From contig CANRLG010000004.1 in assembly GCA_947631415.1 (NCBI GenBank), positions 332 through 64,331 of the forward strand: 64,000 nt of DNA. Direction: 5' to 3'. Shown piece by piece: positions 58,224 through 64,000 of the stretch (within the stretch, counting starts at the first letter, position 1; every line of letters starts with the position of its first letter). The position numbers and the translations under genes are program-made. The notes beneath the pieces are model-generated. The model was not told where the DNA came from. It searched no databases and was given only the letters and a program-made list of their open reading frames with translations. This DNA comes from an uncultured Clostridia bacterium (GTDB taxonomy: Bacteria; Bacillota; Clostridia; TANB77; CAG-465).

Positions 58224-59393
58224 ATGCAAAATAAAGTTTGGTTAGAAAAAAATAAAATTAAACATATTTATCCATATTTATCTACAGATATTTCTTGCGA
58301 TATTGTAGTTATAGGTGGTGGAATATCTGGGGCAATCACGTCATATATTCTTGCAAATGAGGGACATGATGTAGTGGTTTTAGACAAGAATATTATTGGT
58401 TACAAAAATACTGCAAATTGTTCTGGATGTATAACAGATTTTACAGATGAGTTATATGTACAAATTAATAAAGATGAATTAAAATTTAAAATTATTAAGG
58501 ATTTAAAAAGCAAAGCAACAGATACATTAAAACAAATATTATCTAAGGTAAAAGGGATGTGTAATAACTCAAATTATCTAATTCTTGATACAAGACTATT
58601 TAGAAAAAAGTATTTGAAAAATGAAATACTCCTTAGAAAAAGTCAATATGAAGAATGTGATTTTTTACCAAATGAAGAAGTATTTAATGTAAATAATATA
58701 GTAGAAATTCAAAAAGGTGCATATAATCTAAATCCTTACTTATTTACACAAAATATACTAGATTATCTAAGTAGAAATTTTAATGTAAGAGTATTTGAAA
58801 ATACAGATGTTAAATTTATAGAGGCAACATTAGAAAATGTAAATATATATACTCAAAATAATTTTAGGATAACTGCCAAGAATGTAATAATTACAACTCC
58901 AATAGAAACAATTGATTTTGTGACAGAAAATCCAAATATAGAGTTAGTTAAAAGATATAGTTTAGTATGTAACAATGCTTTTAAAGAAAATCTATATGCA
59001 AAAGTTTTAAGTGATAATCCTTTTTATATAAGAAATGATAAAGAAAAAGTAATTATATCTGGATATGATACGAAATGTACAGCAAAAATGAATAGTAAGA
59101 AGTATGCACAAAATATTAATCAAGAAAATAAAGAAAAGTTTGAAAATATATTACTTAAGATATTTCCTAAGTATAATATAACCCAGTCAGATATTTATAG
59201 TTCAAATATATTAAAGACTAAAGATGGACTTCCAATTATTTCTGAACTGAGCTACTTTCCAAATGTATATGTAAATCTTGGAAGTGGTGGAAACGGAATA
59301 ATGCAAAGTATAGTTGGTGCAAATATGCTAAAAGATGTTGTACGTGGATACTATCCTAAAGAGATGAGTTTATTTGATTTAAAGAGGAATTAG
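58224..59393 (+). CDS. FAD-dependent oxidoreductase (DAO family)
   Basis: DIVVIGGGISGAITSYILANEGHDVVVLDK (Rossmann GxGxxG ... D). Confidence 0.8.
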   Translation: MQNKVWLEKNKIKHIYPYLSTDISCDIVVIGGGISGAITSYILANEGHDVVVLDKNIIGYKNTANCSGCITDFTDELYVQINKDELKFKIIKDLKSKATDTLKQILSKVKGMCNNSNYLILDTRLFRKKYLKNEILLRKSQYEECDFLPNEEVFNVNNIVEIQKGAYNLNPYLFTQNILDYLSRNFNVRVFENTDVKFIEATLENVNIYTQNNFRITAKNVIITTPIETIDFVTENPNIELVKRYSLVCNNAFKENLYAKVLSDNPFYIRNDKEKVIISGYDTKCTAKMNSKKYAQNINQENKEKFENILLKIFPKYNITQSDIYSSNILKTKDGLPIISELSYFPNVYVNLGSGGNGIMQSIVGANMLKDVVRGYYPKEMSLFDLKRN

Positions 59394-59467
59394 TCATAAT
59401 TAGTAAAAAAAACTTTAATTTTAAAACCTCCTGTGATATAATACGCACAAGGGAGGATGATAATATA

Positions 59468-60139
59468 ATGAATAGGCTAAGATTAGTATATGGAAAATCA
59501 AAAGATGCAATATATATATCCCAAGAAGAAACAGTAAAAATACTAAATGATACTTTCACTAAGGCTCAAATTCCTGTAGTGAAATCTAATAGTACTAATA
59601 TGGTAGATATTATATTTGCTCATCCACTTATTGACGGATATAAAAGTACAGGAGAAGTAGTTGAGGTAAATTTAACTGAAGAAATTGAAACTAGATATTT
59701 GGTTAGAGAATTAAATAAAGCTATTCCTGAAGGCTTTATAATCATGTCTGCTGAGTACGTTCCACAAAATCAAGAGAGTATTAATTTGAGAGTCTATGCT
59801 GCTCAATATGTAATAAGTTTAGATTATACAGAGAAATTTATAGATAAATCTTTAAGAGAAAAAGAGGAAATACGAGCATATTATAGAAAAAGAATGGAAA
59901 TGTATTTATCTCAAACTCAAATTCCTGTTGTTAAAAAGAGCTATGACAGGATGGAAAGATTAGATATTAAACCTCAAATAGAAAAATATTCATTTAATAT
60001 AGATGATAGTGTTGATGTTGTGTTATCTGCAGGTCCACGTTCTAATATATCTCCTGAAGTTTTAATGGAAGGTTTCATGGAATATATTGGCGAAAAAGTT
60101 CCTTATGAGGTAAAAAGAACAAAAATTTTATTTGATTAA
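59468..60139 (+). CDS. DUF2344 / TIGR03936-like radical-SAM-associated protein
   Basis: N-terminal RLRLVYGKSKDAIYISQEETVKILNDTFTKAQIPV resembles the family N-terminus. There is no adjacent radical SAM gene. Confidence 0.45.
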   Translation: MNRLRLVYGKSKDAIYISQEETVKILNDTFTKAQIPVVKSNSTNMVDIIFAHPLIDGYKSTGEVVEVNLTEEIETRYLVRELNKAIPEGFIIMSAEYVPQNQESINLRVYAAQYVISLDYTEKFIDKSLREKEEIRAYYRKRMEMYLSQTQIPVVKKSYDRMERLDIKPQIEKYSFNIDDSVDVVLSAGPRSNISPEVLMEGFMEYIGEKVPYEVKRTKILFD

Positions 60140-60264
60140 TGTAGATACTTGAATGTGAAACATAACTGTAATGTAAATGATATGTATTATTGTAAACAAA
60201 TTGTTGACATTGATTTTTATTTATGAGAAAATAAAGTTAACATTCAAGGAAGGCGGTGTAGATT

Positions 60265-60519
60265 ATGCAAATTACTGATGTAAGAGTTAGAAAAGTAACT
60301 TCTCAAAACAAAATGAAAGCTATTGCATCAATAACAATTGATGATGTATTTGTAGTACATGATATCAAAGTTATTGAAAGCGATAAAGGTCTATTTATTG
60401 CTATGCCTAGCAGAAAAACTCCAAACGGAGAATTCAAAGATATTGCTCATCCTATCAATACTGAAACTAGAGAAATGTTACAAAATTTAATTATTGAAAA
60501 ATACAACGAGGCTGAGTAA
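60265..60519 (+). CDS. spoVG: Septation/regulatory protein SpoVG
   Basis: [11 protein letters not shown]...[21 protein letters not shown]...[24 protein letters not shown]. Confidence 0.96.
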   Translation: MQITDVRVRKVTSQNKMKAIASITIDDVFVVHDIKVIESDKGLFIAMPSRKTPNGEFKDIAHPINTETREMLQNLIIEKYNEAE

Positions 60520-60549
60520 TTTATCTAAAAAATAAATTGTATGAAAACT

Positions 60550-60576
60550 AAGAGGGTGAGGAATTACCCTCTTTTA
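60550..60576 (+). terminator. Intrinsic terminator after spoVG
   Basis: agagggt (60551-60557) pairs with accctct (60566-60572), followed by ttt. Confidence 0.6.
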
Positions 60577-60599
60577 ATATATTTAAGAAAGGAGATAAT

Positions 60600-62252
60600 A
60601 TGACAAACGAATATGTAAAAGATATAGTACCCAAAATTCCTTATGAACCTGGAATATACATGATGAAAGATGAAAAAGGAGAAATTATATATGTAGGTAA
60701 GGCTATATCTCTTAGAAAAAGAGTAAGACAGTATTTTCAAAAAGGAAATAAGACTGCAAGAATAGAAAAAATGGCCTCTCTTGTTCGTGATATAGACTAT
60801 ATTGTAGTAAATAATGAGGTTGAAGCTCTAAATCTTGAATGTAATTATATAAAACGATTATCTCCCAAATTTAATGTTATGCTAAAAGATGATAAGACTT
60901 ATCCATATATTAAAGTTACAATTAAAGATAAATATCCTCTAATATATGTAACTCGTAGGAGATTAGAGGATAAATCTCTATATTTTGGACCTTATACAAA
61001 TGTAGGTGCAATGCGTGATGCTTTGCATACAATAAAAGAAATATTCCCTGTCAAAAGGTGTAAATACAATTTGGACAAGACAAAAGTTAAAAATGCTTGT
61101 TTATATTACCATATAGGTAGATGTCTAGGGCCATGTATAAATGAGGTAAGTCTTCAAGCATATAAAGATATGATAAATCAAGTGGTGCTATTTTTAGAAG
61201 GCAAAACAGATGATGTAAAAAAGAGTATAGAACTAGAAATTGAAAAGTGCATAGAAAAATTGGAGTTTGAAAAGGCTTCTAAACTTAAACAAAGACTAGA
61301 TAATATAGAAAAATTTTCACAAAAACAAAATGTATCTAACTTAAATGAACTAAGTACAGATATCTGGGGCTATGTATATCAAGAGGGAACATTATATATT
61401 CAAATTTTTAAGATAAGAGATTATAAAATTGTACTTCATGATAATGTGAAATTAACAGACATAGCTCAAGAAGAAATAGAGGAAGCTCTAGCACAAATAA
61501 TATCTAATTACTATACAGATAATTCGGATATGCCAAAAAAGGTATATATAAAATTAGAAGATGAAAATATAGAATTAATAAATAATTTATTTGTTGCAAG
61601 ACAAATTAAACTTAGCGTTATTTGCCCAAAAAGGGGCGAAAAATTGAATTTAATTAAAATGGTAGAAAATAACATTAGTATTAATATTGAGGACAAGAAA
61701 AATGATGTTATGGAAGAATTAGCAACACTTATGGGATTTAAAGAGGGATTGGATTCTATAGAATGTTATGATATATCTAATACTAGAAACGATTATATAG
61801 TAGGATGTATGATACGTTTTGATAACGGGCACTTAAATAAGTCTATGTATAGAAAGTTCAAAATTAGAAGTACCCAAACTCAAGATGATTTTAAATGTAT
61901 GTACGAAGTCATACAAAGACGTTTAAATCATGCAAAAGATTGGCCACTTCCAGATGTAATACTTCTTGATGGTGGAAAAGGTCAAATGAGTGCAGTAATG
62001 GAGGCAATGAGTCAGGCACAAGAAACTACAAATGTCTTTGGTATGGTAAAGAATGATAAACATAGAACTCGTGGATTAATAGATAGTAATGGAAATGAAG
62101 TTAGTCTTGAAGGACATAAAAAAGTGTTAAATTTCTTGACATTTCTTCAAGATGAAGTACACCGTTTTGCTATAACTTATCATAGACAATTAAGAGATAG
62201 TATTAAATTAAAAGATGGAACTGTATATAAAAGTGTAGAAAGGAAAAAGTAG
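60600..62252 (+). CDS. uvrC: Excinuclease ABC subunit C, short form lacking the C-terminal (HhH)2 domain
   Basis: GIY-YIG (PGIYMMKDEKGEIIYVGKA), UVR domain (EFEKASKLKQRLDNIEKF) and endonuclease domain (ECYDISN...DEVHRFAITYHRQLR). The protein ends about 20 aa after HRFAITYHR with no HhH sequence. Confidence 0.9.
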   Translation: MTNEYVKDIVPKIPYEPGIYMMKDEKGEIIYVGKAISLRKRVRQYFQKGNKTARIEKMASLVRDIDYIVVNNEVEALNLECNYIKRLSPKFNVMLKDDKTYPYIKVTIKDKYPLIYVTRRRLEDKSLYFGPYTNVGAMRDALHTIKEIFPVKRCKYNLDKTKVKNACLYYHIGRCLGPCINEVSLQAYKDMINQVVLFLEGKTDDVKKSIELEIEKCIEKLEFEKASKLKQRLDNIEKFSQKQNVSNLNELSTDIWGYVYQEGTLYIQIFKIRDYKIVLHDNVKLTDIAQEEIEEALAQIISNYYTDNSDMPKKVYIKLEDENIELINNLFVARQIKLSVICPKRGEKLNLIKMVENNISINIEDKKNDVMEELATLMGFKEGLDSIECYDISNTRNDYIVGCMIRFDNGHLNKSMYRKFKIRSTQTQDDFKCMYEVIQRRLNHAKDWPLPDVILLDGGKGQMSAVMEAMSQAQETTNVFGMVKNDKHRTRGLIDSNGNEVSLEGHKKVLNFLTFLQDEVHRFAITYHRQLRDSIKLKDGTVYKSVERKK

Positions 62253-62636
62253 ATGAAAGTATTAACAATAAGACAACCTTGGGCAACTTTAATTATGCAA
62301 AAGAATAAGAGATTTGAATTTAGAAGTTGGAAAACAAATTATAGAGGTGAGGTATTAATTCATGCAGGAAAAACTTTAGATAAAGAGGCTGCTGACAGAC
62401 TAAAAAAATATTTACCAAATGAACTACCTCTTGGAAAAATACTTGGAAAAGTAACAATAACAGATTGTATACCAATGAGTGAAGAATTTGCTAAAATGCT
62501 TTCAAAAGAAAATAGCGATATATATACTTCTCATTCTTTTTCAAATAATTATGGCTTCAAGATAGAAAATGTTGAGGTTTTTGATGTACCAATAGAAGCA
62601 AAAGGACAACTTGGATTTTGGAATATTAATTTATAA
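62253..62636 (+). CDS. ASCH domain protein whose start abuts the uvrC stop
   Basis: MKVLTIRQPWATLIMQKNKRFEFRSWKTNYRGEVLIHAGK is typical of ASCH. Its ATG directly follows the uvrC TAG (tagatg). Confidence 0.8.
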   Translation: MKVLTIRQPWATLIMQKNKRFEFRSWKTNYRGEVLIHAGKTLDKEAADRLKKYLPNELPLGKILGKVTITDCIPMSEEFAKMLSKENSDIYTSHSFSNNYGFKIENVEVFDVPIEAKGQLGFWNINL

Positions 62637-62662
62637 AATAAAAGTTAATTTTAATATTAAAG

Positions 62663-62725
62663 TTGACATAAAATGTAAAAAGATGTATAATATTAGATAT
62701 GTTATACATCTTTGTTTTTTTTTTT
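62663..62725 (+). promoter_or_regulatory. Consensus SigA promoter interlocked with an intrinsic terminator
   Basis: TTGACA (62663-62668), a 17-nt spacer, and TATAAT (62686-62691). A perfect 11-bp hairpin pairs aagatgtataa (62680-62690) with ttatacatctt (62702-62712), followed by ttg and a T11 run (62715-62725). The -10 box lies in the 5' arm of the hairpin. Confidence 0.7.
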
Positions 62726-62797
62726 CAACTGAAAAAAAAGGAATACGAAGGCTCATGTCAAGAGAGATAGTATTTTATAAAAAAAGGAGGGAAAGAG

Positions 62798-63313
62798 TTG
62801 AATACTTTTGTAGTAGAAGCTATTGCTAATACAAGAAAAGTATTACCAGAATATTGGGATAATACTCTAAAAGCTAGACTTAATGGTGGAGTTGGAAGTA
62901 CTTATGACCAATTTGATAAAGTAGAAGAACTTGAGAAAGCTCTTTTAACTGCAGATTGGGAAGAGACTTCTCATCCAGATGTTATGCCTGGTTGTAGGGT
63001 ATTTAAGACATCCTTAGGAGGTAGATATGGAATCGTTGAGATTTCAAGTCTTCCAGCAGATACTCTTTTGGTTGCTGATGACAGAAAGAACACAGGTCGT
63101 GTTGCTATGACTGTTAAAGGCATTAAAGGAGAATTGGTTCCTTTTACCTATTTAATTATAGGTAAAGAAGATGGTATAGATGTAGTTTATACATTCCATC
63201 CTGGAGAACCAATTAGACCATCTGTTGTAGAGACAGCTACTTTAAGTCATGGTTCTAAAGTTTCTAAGGCTTATGCTAAAGAACTTGGATTTGACTTAGC
63301 TAAGATAGTTTAA
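62798..63313 (+). CDS. Hypothetical soluble protein (171 aa), family not recognised
   Basis: TTG start after SD aaggaggga. By eye its composition is less AT-rich than its neighbours. It has no TM segment or signal peptide. Confidence 0.6.
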   Translation: MNTFVVEAIANTRKVLPEYWDNTLKARLNGGVGSTYDQFDKVEELEKALLTADWEETSHPDVMPGCRVFKTSLGGRYGIVEISSLPADTLLVADDRKNTGRVAMTVKGIKGELVPFTYLIIGKEDGIDVVYTFHPGEPIRPSVVETATLSHGSKVSKAYAKELGFDLAKIV

Positions 63314-63516
63314 TCTCTGGTGCTTGTGTGCAATAATTGCACTTGGTGGTAAGATGACTCTGGCAAGGTTAAAAATGATTAAAATTATATTTAATTGTTT
63401 TTATGCTGAACTTGTCCCACGACTTATCGAGTTCTACCATTGTATATAAGTATATAAACCACTATGTGCGTGACAAACACAATAAGTTTATACTATGAGT
63501 ATATGATGCTAGGTAA

Positions 63517-63548
63517 AGGTGAATTTTTTATAATTCATCTTTTTTTTG
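63517..63548 (+). terminator. Intrinsic terminator about 200 nt downstream of the 171-aa gene
   Basis: ggtgaatt (63518-63525) pairs with aattcatc (63532-63539) with one G-U pair, followed by a T8 run. Confidence 0.65.
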
Positions 63549-63696
63549 CAAAAATTAATTAATGAATTATTAAATATATAGTGTTAATAAAAAATAATAT
63601 ATTACAAAAATATTACAAATAAAAGTATACTAAAAATACTTTTATAGTTGATAATTCAAATAAAATGTAGTAAAATAGTCCTGATAGGTGATTATT

Positions 63697-64000
63697 ATGA
63701 TAGGAATTACAAAGAGTGAATTTGAAAATTCTTTGTTTAGACAAGATGTTGTTGAATATTATTTAGCAATGTCTAAAGAAGAATTAGAATATAAATTTGG
63801 AAATATAATATCAGATATGAAAGATTATGACCAACATAATCCACATCAATGTTACACTTTATTTGAACATGTTTTAAGAACTGTACTGGATATACCAACA
63901 GGAGAACTTTCTCAAGAGGAAGTAAAACTTCTTAAAATAGCAGCATTTCTACATGATGTAGCAAAGCCTAAAGTAGCAAGAGTGGAAAATGGCAAAGTAG
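63697..64000 (+). CDS. HD domain protein (5' part only; it runs off the window)
   Basis: ATG after SD aggtga. TLFEHVL and AAFLHDVAKP are the H...HD motif of HD phosphohydrolases. A possible promoter is TTGATA-17-TAAAAT at about 63646-63674. Confidence 0.6.
   Translation, partial: MIGITKSEFENSLFRQDVVEYYLAMSKEELEYKFGNIISDMKDYDQHNPHQCYTLFEHVLRTVLDIPTGELSQEEVKLLKIAAFLHDVAKPKVARVENGKV

Noticed and set aside
59394-59467. A possible anti-SD hairpin (cctcctgtg ... cacaagggagg) sequestering the RBS of the DUF2344 gene.
   Set aside because: An extended -10 promoter (TGaTATAAT) sits between the two arms. The likely transcript therefore starts downstream of the anti-SD arm and cannot form the hairpin.
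62611-62829. A 72-aa plus-strand ORF in the track that spans the ASCH gene end and the next gene start.
   Set aside because: It runs through the promoter/terminator element and the SD of the 171-aa gene. It has no SD of its own and its composition is an artefact of AT-rich sequence.
1-64000. A whole-window scan for mobile elements, CRISPR arrays, prophage genes, toxin-antitoxin pairs and recognisable defence systems.
   Set aside because: I found no transposase, integrase or recombinase motifs, no regularly spaced direct repeats, no cas-like or restriction-modification-like ORFs, and no inverted terminal repeats. The gene content is dominated by conserved housekeeping operons.

Overview
The window is a strongly AT-rich chromosomal segment from a low-GC Firmicute, probably Clostridia-like. 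It carries spoIVB, spoVG, a spoVE/ftsW-type SEDS gene and a spoVD-type PBP. Most of it is housekeeping: T-box-led ileS; a dcw cluster running mraZ-rsmH-ftsL-pbp-murE-mraY-ftsW-murG-ftsQ-DUF881-sbp; T-box-led pheST; a tRNA-Met(CAU)/tRNA-Tyr pair; ychF; era-yqzL-recO; a class A PBP; glmS with its ribozyme; alaS; hit; an asp23-amaP-DUF2273 operon; nusB-xseA-xseB; a DD-carboxypeptidase; smpB; deoC; spoVG; and uvrC. I found no transposase, integrase, phage block, CRISPR array or rRNA. There are seven things worth a second look. (1) Two small cysteine-tipped, beta-rich proteins without signal peptides sit at 30.2-30.8 kb behind a SigK-like promoter, and they may be disulfide-linked spore-surface or appendage subunits. 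(2) A dockerin-bearing peptidoglycan-hydrolase-like gene lies next to a cohesin-like, cadherin-like membrane anchor at 39.7-43.6 kb. (3) The class A PBP has its basic N-terminal tail in a different reading frame. (4) The AlaRS is unusually short. (5) UvrC lacks the C-terminal HhH2 domain and is start/stop-abutted to an ASCH gene. (6) A terminator hairpin contains the -10 box of a consensus promoter, which drives an orphan gene followed by about 230 nt of apparently non-coding transcript. (7) An unannotated yqzL-like small ORF overlaps recO. All calls come from reading the sequence and translations by eye. No searches were run.
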